From Iphione sp. A-MEVVRFRX5 (Eukaryota): 64,000 nucleotides of DNA. The notes beneath the pieces were generated by a model. That model did no database searches, was not told the origin of the DNA, and saw only the letters and a program-made list of their open reading frames with translations. Shown here in pieces: positions 44,522 to 58,329 of the stretch. Position 1 is the stretch's first letter; the number at the start of each line of letters is the position of its first letter. A program made the position numbers and the translations under genes. Location: assembly GCA_976226885.1 (NCBI GenBank), contig OZ320315.1, positions 56,544,001-56,608,000 of the forward strand, written 5' to 3'.

Positions 44522-46694
44522 TTTGATTCTTCCTCCTTCGGAACAGAGACAATGGAAACCATTGGATTAGACGGGGCCATAGCCAACACCTTCACGTATA
44601 AGCGGGTGTATGTATTGGTATAGACATACTATAATCAACTAAATTGGTCTCACTGTAATCCCGAGGTGCGCTAATTTGATTTTAAATACAACTGTATTGG
44701 TTGTTCCCTCTTAAACTCGTGCGACAAAAAAATTTCCTCAAAAAACTTGCAAGCTTCATTTTAAAATTATGTTAAAGATCTCTAACCTCTACACTGTAAC
44801 GATTCCGTATTCTTGATATTATTTTCATTTAAAAGAATACGTAGTGCACACTTACCTCAGAGAGAAGACCACCAGAAAATGTCAAGTTGATTTCGATTCA
44901 GTGCGCCAATGGTTGCCAAAGGTTCAAAGAGATTCAGGTAATACTTAACTAAGTCAATGTTCTTCAACGTATAAGAGCTAATAAAGGAACATATACATGC
45001 ACCGGACGTTATCTTTACGAGGTGACGTTGGATGGTGGCTGGCAAATAAATTCCGTAAGAATGTTTTCTTTGATTTATGGACTGAGCTTTAAGCCTATCT
45101 CAGAGCTAGTAAAAACCGTATGGAGAAGAAGGACGGAAACGTATACATGTATGTTTATTATAAGATATGTCACAAACATTTATTTTAATTAAAAAGCGAC
45201 GATTACAGTATACAAATACCATGCAAGACTGTAAATGGCCTGCATGTCATATGTTTGTGCACAGATGAATAGAAACCATGCTGCTAATATCCATATGATC
45301 CCTTTTTATAGTATGGTGTTATCTAATAGGCCAATAAACCCTATATCCCCTCAATCCCTCAGAGAACAGCTAGATGTAACATAGAAGTAATTCACTGTCT
45401 TGCATGTTTTGATAGTGTGGCAGGATGTCTGGGCTGAGTCTGGGAATATTGTTTGTTCCAACTGTGAAATGAAATGAACAATACCTTTTTACGATCGTGA
45501 CAAGTTAAAGAATTACAGTATCAAAGACTCCATAAGAAGGAGGCATCTACGCCCTCCTTAGACTCATCTTGCCAATGAAAGCTGTTACATCTAAGAAGTA
45601 AACTGAGGCTGGACAAGGACCTGTTGGTTTGGTTTAGTCATTCCTTGTAGTGTTACGTAGGTATCCTATAGTAGAGAAGCCTATAACTCCCCATCCAAGC
45701 TGCTCTACTTTCTGCTATATATATAGTCCACTTTACTTCTAGCCATCGCTGCCTCGAATACACATGAGCTTCAGAGACATAACGTGATAATAAAGTATCC
45801 ATATTCCATTCAATGATGTTACTTTGCCTCCATCAAACTCTGAAATTGTTTTGGTGCAGCTTGAAATAGCTGAGGAAAAATTACGGTTTAACGTACATGT
45901 AGTAATAATCTGTTGGCATCAGTAGCCATAGTTGGCCTCTTCATTGAGCTATACACTCCAGCCTAATTCTTCAAGGAAGACTTGTGAATAAGAAAAGAAC
46001 CGTTGTCTTTCCTGATGGACCTGATACAATGGCAATACAACCATTTTCTTCGGTAGTAGCCAGCTTTTTCTCTTAACCCGTCGCTTACACCAAAGTCAGT
46101 AATGACTACTTAGTAGACAGCTAAATTTCTTAACTAGCGCAGGCTGGTGTTACTGCACAATACTGCGTATACATTTTGCTCTAAAAAGTATAAAATTAAG
46201 CCCACCTTATATCATTTACATAAAATGACCTCAGTAGATTATTTCCGTTTATAATTTGCATTTAGGAATGTATACAATTGGTAAAATAATGTTAATTATG
46301 ATACCTTATCTGAATCATATCCGTATTATAACAAAACTAGATTGTGGTCACAATTCAACATTAGATGGTCAGTAGTTTAATGCAAAAGTGCACAGAACTC
46401 AACTAGTAATATTTGATTAATTCAATAGAACCTTCATACTGCACATCTAGACTACAAGAGGCAGTAATATGCTAAATATCAATTATGTAAATGTCATACT
46501 TTATTCTTCTATAGAGTGAAACACAAACATGTTGGCCCATTGACAGTGATCACTGTATACATTTTGTCATTGAGAGCGAAAAGTGTAATTAGCACATCGA
46601 CAAAATGAACCCACATCTTTGGAAATTGGATGTAGCAAACAGTGAGGGTTATTTATTTGCAAATATCCACCGTATGTCAGATCTGCCAGCCAAT

Positions 46695-46798
46695 AGAGGG
46701 AGAGAGAGAGAAAGAAAGAGGAGAGAGAAGGAGGAGAGAGAGAGTGAGGGTGGGAGGAGCCATGACTTTAAGTGAGATACATACCTCATAGAGGGTTG

Positions 46799-46844
<46 letters not shown>

Positions 46845-46882
46845 GGAGAGAGAGAGAGAGAGAGGGAGAGAGAGAGAGAGAG
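46695..46882. repeat. (GA)n microsatellite tracts with a duplicated gactttaagtgagatacatac spacer
   Basis: Seen directly. Confidence 0.9.
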
Positions 46883-47079
46883 GAGCTGTGACTTTAAGTG
46901 AGATACATACATGTACATTGTAGAGCGTTTTAAAGCACGGCAGCCATCTTTTTTCTCTTTAGGGCTATATAGGGAAGTGTACCAATATATCACGTATTAT
47001 CATTGTTTGGATTAGCACTCCGAGGTGTTACTGTCTGGTCACACCCTCCGCACAGTATTAGGGAAATGTGGTTTGAGCA

Positions 47080-47161
47080 TGTCCCATAAGGGATTTGAAC
47101 CCACACAGGTCTATTTTAGCTGCTTGAGGCCAGAGCTCTTATCCACTGCGCCACAGAGGAC
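47080..47161 (-). mobile_element. tRNA-derived SINE head
   Basis: Minus strand A box TGGCGCAGTGG and B box GGTTCAAATCC; weak acceptor and anticodon stems. Confidence 0.6.
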
Positions 47162-47355
47162 ACACAGTAGCAGTATGATTAGGCCGCAGACTTGCTCAGC
47201 CGATGACACAGACACGGTTTCTTTAATGTCTCTGCCACATGTTTTTTGTGCAATGGGACAGGTTGCCCAGCCCTGCTGGAAAGTTGGCTGAGTTTCCGCA
47301 CCTCTCCACAGACGTGTTTTCCATATGTGCGGTGAAAGGCCAGCAAGAGACAGAC

Positions 47356-47534
47356 NNNNNNNNNNNNNNNNNNNNNNNNNNNNNNNNNNNNNNNNNNNNN
47401 NNNNNNNNNNNNNNNNNNNNNNNNNNNNNNNNNNNNNNNNNNNNNNNNNNNNNNNNNNNNNNNNNNNNNNNNNNNNNNNNNNNNNNNNNNNNNNNNNNNN
47501 NNNNNNNNNNNNNNNNNNNNNNNNNNNNNNNNNN
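47356..47534. other. Assembly gap (179 N)
   Basis: Run of N. Confidence 1.
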
Positions 47535-47642
47535 GGAGGACCTGCAAAATTATGAAAATGGTCAGAAAAATAACGAAAAGGGACAGAAATGACGCTAAGG
47601 GGCAGGGGCCGTGCTTTAAGTTAGTTACACACCTTGTAGAGC

Positions 47643-47853
47643 ATGTACTTGATACATTGTTACAGTAGGGCTACACACTCGGCTGGGCCTCGTGTTAATC
47701 CCTACTGTAACAATATATCGCGTACAACGCTCTACTCGGTATGTAACTATAATGTACTTGTTACATTGTTACTGTAGGGCTACACACTTGGCTGTGCCTC
47801 GTGCTAATCCTTACTGTAACAATATATCACGTACAACGCTCTACTCGGTATGT
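47643..47853. repeat. 109-bp tandem duplication, each unit with a 12-bp inverted repeat
   Basis: gttacagtaggg...ccctactgtaac in unit 1; a near-identical arrangement in unit 2. Confidence 0.85.
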
Positions 47854-50800
47854 ATCCATCACTTTTATATATTTAAGGAGAGGACTGCTCAATTTATCCT
47901 TAAGATATTGTAATATTAGCCTGGTCTGAAGGGTGATGTCAACAGAGAAATAAAGAATGCAAAAATGGTTGGTTCACTCCTTGCAGAACTCTGCTGTTGA
48001 GTAACTTGAAGCTCAGTGAGAGAATGTCTGTTTATTTTGAAATAATTAGCCTCTTATAAACTACAGAGTTGCATAATTTCCATGTTTAGAAACAATTACC
48101 ACCTCTATTTTAGTCACATCATCTTCATCGGATCTTTTGGCTCAAGTCATAAGATATCTTGGATTAAATTCCAGGATAGATACACAGTTCATTCAGAGAG
48201 TCAAAACAAACAATAATTATTCTGAACCCTTCTTATGACGTAGGTACCCTAACTGCCCAGTCTCTGAGCGGAGTCAACCTGACTTTGCTACAATATTGAA
48301 AGATATGAATGCAAATCCAAATACATGTGTTCTTTCTACAGAGGCTTCTCACCAGTCATCGTAGCACTGATCCCGTATGATAGTTTACATTTGATGAGGC
48401 GACCAAGTATGGGACTGAAGAATCTTGGTCGCCTCTATAGTTTACTCAAGTATGTCTACATTTACTCATCTACAACCAATTACACAAAACCACTCATTTT
48501 ATCTCTTTCAGTCAAACATTGTAAGTGAAAACACTGTGTACAAGTAATGGGCGCTGCCTAACAAGGAAGTGGTCAATTCTTGGCTCATGTGCTCCAGACA
48601 TCAGCCGTAGTGATTGAATCCATTGCCCCCAATGACTATTACTAAAGCATCAATACATCCTTGGCTTAGTCATGGCTTCTTATAATGGACAAACTGTCTT
48701 TGAAGTGCCTACCTTCCTCAAATATTCTTATATGCACATTGGATGCACATAGTCTCCTCTGTAGCATTGTTAGTCTTCATTTAGTGTTATTGTCATGATC
48801 TATGATCTGTCCGCATTCATTTCTGACAATTTGCAAATCCAACCGATTGAACTTGGAATGAAAATATTTGCCTCTAATTTCCGTATATTAATTGACCTCA
48901 TCAAATTTTGACCAAAACCAGCCTGTGACCACATGTATTGGGGTCACTTAGTTAGGTCTAATGGACCATTTCCGGGATTTCTGCTTTTATCACTGTTGGT
49001 GGTGGTGCTATATAAACGATATCTATGCTTTTTGTCTAGATCAGTAATGATACTATCTCATCCCATCATTACTGTTATACTGACTGATAACTGGCAGAAG
49101 CCGTGTATACCAAACAGGACATGCAGAGTGTCAATTCTTCACTGGCTTTGTCTGATGGGATATTATAGAATCCAGTAGCAATATCTGATCACAAGACCCA
49201 GCCACTTTTGATAAAAGAGAAAATACACCGTTTTCTTCTGAAATTCATGTTCAATTTTTCAAGTCAACAGTAAGACACACTTTCCAGTCGTCTATACCAC
49301 AGACACGACAGGTGTGTTACTTAGTTTTGTTACCTCTTGCATCACACATCAGTCCCCGAAATCGTGTAAAAGAGGGGTTGTATTGCCAGGTTTCTAGCAT
49401 GTTTTCTTATTCCAGATTAATTTTGGATCAGAAGCCCTTCAATATATTTTCAGGACATACTTTTTAAGATATTATTCCAGATTAAGTTAACTCGCCAAAT
49501 TAGTGGGGTTAACCCTGTTTTTCCCTTTTAAGAGCATTTACCCATTACAACAGCTCTGAGTTATTGCTTCCAGTAATTTTACTGTTTTAAAAATTATGAA
49601 CAATAGGTATATTAATACTGATATGTCATTAAATATCTCTTTTAAACTTAAAAATGTTAGATTTGACTGTTAATTAACTATTACTAGTATGTATCTAAGG
49701 CAAAATTCTATTTGCTTATATATGAAGTAGTTTAAATCAACCTCTCTAATGAAGAGCTCAATATGATAGATTCTTCCCTGAGGCTAGCAGACATATACAC
49801 AAGTCTATTTAATTGATATATCTATAGTATTTTATTGATATTCATGCTTTTATAAAAGTCACAACCTTAAAATACAATTTCATTACAAGATAGATGTACA
49901 AAACAGTTCCAGAGGCAGTATCCACCTAATCAGGTTAATCCCAAACTTAACTCTGGTAAGTTAAATGTCCTAGAATCTGTTTATCTAACATCATTCAAGC
50001 TACCTCATTTTCACTGAGTGCTTAGCTTAAAAACGTGCAAAAACTGATTTTCGAGTAGCCAAAAAAATGGAGATATAAGATATTGAAGTTTCTAGTATGG
50101 TAATACAGTGGATAATTACGTCATATGAAATGTTGACATTTCTCCTGTTATCAGGGGGAGACAAAGTGTGTTAATCAGAACCAAAAAAGCCTTCTTTATG
50201 AAACAAACGCCTTTGGTGCTTGCTCTGGTTGTACATAGTAGAGGGACACGAATTGTCTCATTAATTTTCTTAGTTTAAATCGAATTGGTGGTTGAGATAG
50301 AAAGAAAAAACACCCCTTTCTCCACGATTTTGAGAATGATGATGCATACCTATCAGCCGTAGAAGTGCGGCTACCGGGGATAACATCTCCAGACTTCACA
50401 AAGTTTAAGTTCTCACTAAAATTGGCAGGTGACAGTCATATGTAGTGTGACAAATAACTGAGCATTTTTCGTCATGATAATCCTGACTGGGTCTGTCTTG
50501 AGGCATCCTGCTCCGACGGCGAATGTAGTCATCTCATGAGTTGAAAGTTTTCAGCAATGCAGACATAGCCTGGCTCCACCTAAACGTAAGATGAAACTTG
50601 GTGGCTTCCAGCGGGCCCTGAGCAGTCATTGAAGAATCCTACTCATAAGAAAAGCAAATTTTCAAGTTGAATAAGCAAAGTGCTGGATAAGCAAACCATC
50701 CTAACATTCTATGGTGCTAAAGGACAGCCACAACTGTCCAAAGGTTGATTGTCCAGTCAGTAACGCCCCTGGTCCGTTCATCTGTAGATGCCATGTCGAC

Positions 50801-51699
50801 ACGTTCACTTGCAGACCCAAATTTATAAATTTGTGAAAAACTGAAATCCTCACTTTGTCCAATCAAATGTACTCTCTGCAGGGCCGTCGAGAGTTGGGGT
50901 GGTGAGCAGGGGGTGGAGTAGAGGGTGTCAATCCCAACCAGCGGAAATGTTCAAGTGCATAGACCCAGCAGGCAAATTCACAGACAGAGCCAGCAAACAT
51001 CATCAAACACCTTCCTTGGTTTGGCCACGCAACAGTCGGCGGTGAGGTGCGGGGAATTGCCAACCACTGAAGCCATGTGAGTTCACAGCTCAAATTATTG
51101 TTCACACAGGACCATCCCCACGAAGTCTTAACATTAAAAATATGCATTTTCTCATTGGATAATATTCTCTATGATATCCGCAGTTAATAAGATGCACCAA
51201 TTCTGTCTGCTATAAAGACCTACTAACGGTCAAACTTGGTGATAACCTTAAAAATGGTACTCGTGCAAATTATGCCAAAACCATGTGATATTCCATATTA
51301 CAAAACAATAATTTTAGGTTTAGTTATCAAGCTTCTACCTTCTATTACATGAACCATCACTTTATTTGAGAATAAATGCCCAGATTTTAATGTAATCCTC
51401 CTCTTATCTATCCATAGGCGTATCTGCCAAATTTGGCAGATGAGCCTAAGGGTGGTCAGGAAGGCCTCAATGCTGCTCTACATGACTGTGTGCATTGTAT
51501 GTGTTAATAACAAACCAGATTGTGTTGGTTTATTTTCCTAGGTGACACTGCAATCACTGCCAGAAAAGGTGGACAGGGGTGTGAAATTGCACCAGGCCAA
51601 TTTTCCAAGAAATGAGATTCAAATTTTTAATGTTAAATATAATAAAATACAATTAAATTGGCTCTTACTACAGTAATCCCCCCACTGGTATGGGGGTAC

Positions 51700-53900
51700 A
51701 ACAAAGTACAAAATGCAAGGTTCTCTCTCATTCAAATGGGAAGAAGATAAAATCTATGGCATGATGCTAAATTAGTTTGACTGCTGTGTCCTTCCGATTC
51801 TGTTCTACAGATGTCAAATATCGGACTTGGAAAATACTGATAATCTTAATAAGGATGCACTCAATGTTTTGTAAGGTCATTTTTAGTGTTTCTAAGTACT
51901 TGCGTAATAAGCCAATTTATGATGCACCAGGGAGGTACCCACTAGAAATCATAATCAAGGTGAGACACTACTGGTGTATTCTTCTAAACAGTCATGAACA
52001 ATATAATGTAGAGAATCTTACATACCCTCTTTTGTAGGGGCCTTCACATATATTACCTTGGATGGAATGTCAAGATTATATCAAAAAGTAATGCCATGCT
52101 ATTGTTGCTAATACTCTGCCAAAGCCATGTCGAAATAAAGAAGGTCCACTAGCGGATCCAAGGTGGAGATGCTTATTCAACAAAGTCAATAAAGCAAATG
52201 ACAACAGCAACAGCACATGACTTACACTCTTTTTACATCCTCCACAGTACAGCGCACTCCCGGGTAACACACACCTCCACCTCCAATGAATACAAGGGCC
52301 TTACCTTGCCCTCCTCCCCATGGTAGTGGTTCCCCTTCCATAACATCCAGGTGGTGGCTATCTGCTCAGAGATGGGGGGCTGCAGCATGGGCCCAGGGGA
52401 AGACCCTTTCCTCCTCTCATCTGCCCCGACTACTAACGATGATGTACCCAGGGTAAGAAAGGGCCCCTCTCTTCATCATGCCAGGAATGATCGTCATGGA
52501 ATCCAAGGGCTGTGGTCGTGTCCTGGGGGGGGGGGAAACTCTCTTCCCTCTGTCCTCCTTGATAGCTGCACTTGGGGCAAAAAGAGGCCCTTCCCCTGGC
52601 ATTGGTAGCGGGGGCGCTACCGTCGGCGCTACCACCTTCCTAGAGCGAGGGGCTCTAATGGAGCCCTGGATAGATACACCATCTCACCTCCCTCGAACCC
52701 AGCTCTTCCAGCAACAGTGTGCGTGGCCACCTACATGGGGAGAGCATCGACCCTCCCTGACTTCCACTCCTTCATCGGGAGGGGGTAGTATGGTTGTTGT
52801 TCCAACAGGAGTCCTCTCTTTATCTACGGGGGCAGGTGTTTCCTCTCTGCCCTGCTAGCGCCCTGGGGAATCTCTGTGCAGGTCAGTAATACTCCTGGTG
52901 GCAGCTTGTTCCCAGGGTAACTCCTGGCTGCATGCAGGGGACAGTTGGGAAACCTTTGATTCCCAGGTCATACACTTTGCCTCCAACATCTTCCAGCTCT
53001 TGAACTTTCTAAGAGTTGATGGTATCAGTATGGAGGCGAGACCTTCACCCATTTGCGTCCAAACTGCCTTGCATTTGGCCTCCATGTCAGCCCAGAGCTT
53101 GGATATCTTGGCTTCTGCCTCCTTGGAGACGTTGAGTACTACCATCATCTGTGATTTACCCGCAAGAATATACTCTTATGGCCAATGCAGTGTCATAAAT
53201 GTTGCCAACGATCCCAGTTTCATACTGGACAGATCCCAATAGTAGTCATTATGGGATGCCTCTACCCCTGTTATCAAGAGCTATCCTTTCCAGGGCTCCC
53301 CCCTCCCGATGGGGTGACCCACCGTCAGTGATCGATGACAGGAATATCACATCTTCCTCCACACCTCTGACCACAATATGCCCAGCTTTCCCCTCTGCTG
53401 TATCAGCACTCGGCCCAGTTTGTCCTGCGGTGGGTTGTGCAGGGCCCCTGCTCCTCTGGAGTCAGCTTGGTCAACTCTACCCTCATGCTGACTTGCAGAG
53501 GATGCTCCCTCGTCCTCCTCCACTTGTTTCTGTACCTGATTCAATGCCTCCTCCAAGGAGGCTGCAGCCTCCCTAGGTGACTTTCCCTAGAGGGTGGAAG
53601 TAGTTACAGTAGAATCCCCAGCCCCACTGGCTGGTCATGTCCTCCATCTTGGGACACTCTCCTCATTGTGGGAGTGCCCAGATTCTTCCAGATGAAGTTG
53701 TACTTGAGAGTGGCTAGAATGCTAGAGCAGCCTCCTGGGCAAGCTGTGCTCCCTGATCTACCCCACCCTCATTGAATTTCGACATGGGTCTAGAGGTTTG
53801 TACTCTGCTTCTTGGGAGGCTGTATTGACACTGCCCTTCTGGATTGTTGCACTGGAACACACAGACTAGCCTAACACTAGCCTTGTATTCCAGTGAGTAT
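51700..53900 (-). mobile_element. Highly decayed LINE 5' portion (ORF1-like plus possible APE start)
   Basis: Coiled-coil-like frames, then HIVVRGVEED (ORF1 RRM beta-1-like). GC-rich and CpG-depleted; the remainder is barely readable. Confidence 0.4.
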
Positions 53901-53959
53901 AAGCGATTTACCTACTGCTAGTTTGTCTCCAATGCTGGTCATGAAAATTCAACTCTATG

Positions 53960-54380
53960 GCAAGTTTCTACTTACCCCATCATCTAGACTCTCAATCATC
54001 ACACCAAGCTAAGTCAACCTTTTTTCTACTACCTCAACTCACCCCACCTTATCCTTCCATTTTCCTCACACTCCCCTTTCCCCCACACTCACCGTTTTTC
54101 CCCTCCCCTATAGCCCCCTTTCTTTCCCCACTTTCTTCTCTCTCCTTTCCTATTTACACTCCCACTCCCCTTTTCCCCATTTTTCTTCTCCCGCTTCTAT
54201 TACACATTTCCTCCACTCCATACACCCATGTACCCATACAAACACATACCTCCATACACTCTCATCCTGCTTGACACATATCCTCCTAACATTCCTATAA
54301 ATTTCCCTGCATTTCCCCATGCAAACCCCTCAGACATCCACTCACCTATTATTTTCCGTTCTCTTTACCTCTTCATCCCT
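53960..54380. repeat. Pyrimidine-rich low-complexity tract
   Basis: C/T-dominated sequence. Confidence 0.7.
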
Positions 54381-54559
54381 TCTGTTTCTCCTGACGTGAG
54401 AAAAAAACCTAAATTGCATGATTAACATTTTGTCACTCCGAAGGCAAGAAGAATGTTCCAGATACATGACAAAAACCTAAACTGTGTGACTAAAATTTTG
54501 TTCTTCCTATGGTGAAAGTTTCTCTCAATTCATGAAAAACACTCCTGTTTAGGGCCATA

Positions 54560-55946
54560 CAGTGCAATGTCCTGATTACGGACACCTTCTGCTCTTCTCC
54601 AAATCATCCTCATTTCAGATATGGCCGGATTGTAGATCTGTTGGTAGGATATGACTTGGGGTTAAACCTACAAATGTTTTCCCCTTCTCCCTCTCTCTCT
54701 ACAAAGTTTTACAAGTAAAAGTTAAAAAAAGTGCTGAATATGATGAGTTAAAGTCCAAAAGGTGCTGAATTTGACAAGTAAATGTCCAAAAAGTGCTGCA
54801 ATTGATGAGTAAAGGACCAAAAAGTGCTACATTTGACGAGTAAAAATTCAATAAGGGCAGAATTTGACAAGTACAAGTCCTAAAAGTGCAGAATTTGACG
54901 AGTAAAAGTCCAATGGCTTTAGTCCCGCTGTACCTGTGAAACTGACTTCAGAAGCCTCTCTGCCAAAAATTCAAAATTCAAATACAGTTTACTCTCTCCC
55001 CGCGGACGCGTCTCGGAAGCGGACACGTCTCAAATGCGGACGATTTGACACAGAACAAAATCTATTCCCATACATAACCATTATAGGCAGATGTCTCCAA
55101 TCAGGACAGCTAATTTTACAGAGCGCCTCCCTGTGGACACCCTGACAGGGTAGACTCTGTACATGTTTTTGTGCGAATTCACACCTTGAAATGCGAATTC
55201 ACACCTTGAAACCTGCCGGGGGCGTCAACGGCGACCTCTCTGATGTCTCTGACACCCTGGAGGGACTGTATCTCACACCTCTTTTAGTCATCAAATTCTG
55301 CACTTTTTGGACTTTAAGTCATCAAATTCAGCACTTTTTGGACTTTTAGTCATCAAATTCAGCACTTTTTGGACTTAAAGTCATCAAATTCAGCACTTAT
55401 TGGACGTTTCAGAGAATATACACCTGTTACTATAGATGCCTTGTATTTGGTATGTACATATCAGTTGTAGAGAGAGAGGGAGAAAGGGATTTCATTTTCT
55501 AGTTAGACCCCCACTATACCCTGTCTCCAATGCGGACGCCTCTCAAATGCGGACGATTTGAAGCAGAACGGAGGGTGTCCGGAATGGAGAGAGTCTACTG
55601 TACATGCAACAACATGCTGTTTGGAGGGGGAGCATTCAAGCAAACCTGTAAAAATGACTTCTTAGCCTCCCTGTTGACCCAAATTCACACGACAACACCT
55701 TGGCCACATGGGTAATTCATGTCTACCTCTGAAAATGACTTCTGAGGCTTCTCTATGACCCCCAATTTGTGCGACAACGCCTCATCCACAGTGTCCACAG
55801 GGGGGCACTCTCCCAAATTAGCTGTCCTCATTGGAGATATCTCCTTATAATGGTAAACTATAAGAAGTAGGTTGGTTCTTTTTCAAATCATCCACATTTG
55901 GGACACGTCAGCATTGTAGACGTGTCCGCAGGGGGATGTCGCACTG
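54560..55946. mobile_element. Tandem-repeat MITE copy 2 (outer), inserted at TA in a degenerate satellite
   Basis: TA|CAGTG...CACTG|TA. Removing it restores gggccaTAttttg, matching the neighbouring satellite unit. Confidence 0.75.
54985..55600. mobile_element. Tandem-repeat MITE copy 3, nested in copy 2 in opposite orientation
   Basis: TA|CAGTTTACTCTCTCC...GGAGAGAGTCTACTG|TA; four 30-bp units at about 55286-55410; the family core is inverted relative to the outer copy. Confidence 0.75.
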
Positions 55947-55948
55947 TA

Positions 55949-57110
55949 TTTTGAGATAAAGAAGCATTGTGATGGATTTTTAGTCCCTCACAGGCAAGGA
56001 AACAGCTGTTTTGGGCCATATTTTGGTAAAAACGGTTCTGACAGATTTTTGTCCCTCACATGCTGACAACTGCATCTGTCTTGAGCCATAGTTTGGGATA
56101 AACAAACATTCTGATGGATTTTTAGTCCCTCCTACACCACACATCCACTCACATAATTTTTTCCCTTCTCTATACCTCTTCACCCCTTCTATTTCTCCCT
56201 GCATGAGAATAACACCTAACCTGTGTGATTAACATTTTGTCACTCCTGTGGTGAGAGTTTCTTTTTTGACTCATGAGAACACACCTGTTTAGGTGCAACA
56301 ACAAAGTGTACACCACACCAAGGAGTTTGGTTCTTTCAGTCTTTATTCCTGATCAGTATACAGCACAGCAATAGTCAACAGTGGTGAGTCTGATGAAGGT
56401 ATCAGATCAACCATCGTATATACTCAACCTCATAACAAACATTGCACACTAGCATCATGTGACTTGGAAATAACCATTATTTACAAACTGTTTGAACAAA
56501 AGTCGTCTGCAACTTTGTACATCTGGTAACATCACAGTTCCACATATCTAGGGTATCTCATCAGATATAGATGAAAAAGTCACTTCTCACATTGTATGGA
56601 TATACCTGGGAGTGTTGTAATATCAAGAAACAAGTCCATTACCTTGTTTTACCAAATAGAAGTCATGTAGTTACTGTTTACCAGAAATATGAGTACTTGC
56701 AAAAATTTTCATTTTGGCTCCAGTTAAGTATTTTGTACAAGGCCTTTACATGAATGTGTTTATCTATATACTGTACATCACACAGCAGTTTTGACACCCT
56801 TATTACTAATGATACACTTTATTCACATAAATTTATTGTCACATTAAGCATTGTGTTACCTAGGGCCATACTTCAGGTTAAACAACCATTTTGATGTACA
56901 GTTTATTAAGTTAGTCCCTCCCAAGCCAAGAAACACAGTTGTTTTTGGCCATGAGAAACAACTTGTTCTGAGGGATTTTTGTCACCCGTGTGCAGAGAAA
57001 CGCAACTATTTCAGGCCATATTTCTGGAAAAACAACATTCTGACAGATTTGTAGTCCTGCCATGCCAAGTAACACATTTGTTTCAGGACATATTTCAAGA
57101 AAGACAACTG
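55949..57110. repeat. Degenerate ~60-65-bp satellite-like units (interrupted)
   Basis: Recurring ggccatattt..aaa..ttctga..gattttt.gtcc at 55950-56130 and 56940-57110; related units at 54390-54557 and 56200-56290. Confidence 0.55.
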
Positions 57111-57370
57111 TTCTGATCGTGCACATTTCACTGATACAGCAGCCAAAGAAGACCATGAAAGGCACCGATGTCCCACCGGGGCCCATCCCAGAGGATGGGC
57201 CTCTTGGGCATGCCCCCCAAGGCCAGACTGCTGACGCCCACATACCCACATTGATGAGATGGGGGTTGGACACCAGTGTCTCCCTCTCCACCAACCGACC
57301 CGATTCTGCGGTGTCCACGCCACTAGACACATCATCCTTGTAGGCTGCCCCCACAAGGATCTGCATGGGG

Positions 57371-57664
57371 ACCCGTGTCCACTGCATCACCTGCAAATGG
57401 TGTGGCACTCAGTAAATTGGAATTACCAAGAACAGACTCAATGTATGACTGTGGGCCCACTTCTACATCTCCCAGGGCACAGATAAGGGCTTTGTCCTAA
57501 TGCACTTCAACTCTGGACAACATCATTGCATCCAAGACATTGAGATTTATGTGGTGGACTTTATCCACAGGCACCCCTAGAGTGACTGGGCTCTTTACAT
57601 GCACCTCCTCATTGAACACTGCTGTATTCACCAGCGACGCACCCAGGCACCCTTGGGCCTAAAC
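57371..57664 (+). pseudogene. Penelope-like element GIY-YIG endonuclease remnant
   Basis: VHCITCKWCGTQ*IGITKNRLNV*LWAH...MHFNSGQH...IEH..IHQRRTQAPLGLN in one frame with 3 stops. Confidence 0.85.
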
Positions 57665-57779
57665 ACTATTTCCTTGGAGAGTAACCACCCACAGAACGTG
57701 CTGCCTCTCCACAGGACCCTAGTCTTGTAAAACCTTTTTTTCTGTTCTCTGCAAAGAGAGAGAAGGTAGAAACGGAGGG

Positions 57780-58190
57780 GATGGAGAGACAGAGAGGAGG
57801 AGGTAGAGAGGAAGGGAGAGATAGAGGAAAGGGAGAGAGTGGGAGGAGGGAGAAAGGGAGGGAGAGAAGGGGAGACAAAGAGGGACAGATAAAGGGTGAG
57901 GGAGAGGAAGGGAGTGAGGGAGAGAAGGAAGCAAGAGGTAAGGAGAGGGGAAAGAAAGGGAGAAACAGAGGGAGGGGGACGGAGAGGCAAATGAAGAGGG
58001 GGACAGAGTAGCCAGGAGTCCCACCTCTCCATGCCTATATATCATGAGAAAGAGTGAGAGAGAGAGGGGAGAGAGAGAGAAAGAGAGAGAGAGAAACTTG
58101 GTGAATAGCAGGTAGGACATGATGCCTATAGCATGTAGAAAATGGTGGCGAGCTGAGAGGGCTCTTTGACTACAGGACTTGCAGAGAGAC

Positions 58191-58240
<50 letters not shown>

Positions 58241-58270
58241 GAGAGAGAGGGTAGAGAGAGAGGAAGGAAG
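57780..58270. repeat. GA-rich low-complexity / (GA)n tract
   Basis: Seen directly; contains the duplicated motif ccaggagt(c/t)ccacctct. Confidence 0.9.
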
Positions 58271-58329
58271 ACTTCTCTAACCAGGAGTTCCACCTCTCTA
58301 GCTAAGAGTTCCATCTCTTTAATTTGAAA

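Noticed and set aside
44521-44580. Out-of-frame upstream ATGs as a regulatory uORF of the 311-aa gene
   Set aside because: They probably lie within the predicted 5' UTR intron (44855 to about 44536).
46081-46140. Kinase-like VVITDFGVS on the minus strand
   Set aside because: It is bounded by stops, and no HRD, APE or other kinase subdomains are nearby.
46649-46993. Leu/Ser-rich ORFs (also 57628-58314 and 53957-54274)
   Set aside because: They are translations of (GA)n/(CT)n and pyrimidine-rich low-complexity DNA.
47080-47161. Functional tRNA genes here and at 31222-31290
   Set aside because: A and B boxes are present but the acceptor, D and anticodon stems pair poorly; treated as SINE-like heads.
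47179-47592. ORFs spanning X runs
   Set aside because: Artefacts of the N gap.
50460-51150. GC-richer block with fragments such as SASERV and HLQMNGP, suggesting a hAT transposase end or an exon
   Set aside because: The fragments are in different frames with many stops; I cannot support a family or gene call.
56385-56420. Hammerhead ribozyme near the Penelope remnant (CTGATGA plus a short GGT/ACC stem)
   Set aside because: The obligatory GAAA after stem II is absent and I could not build stems I and III. At most a decayed relic.
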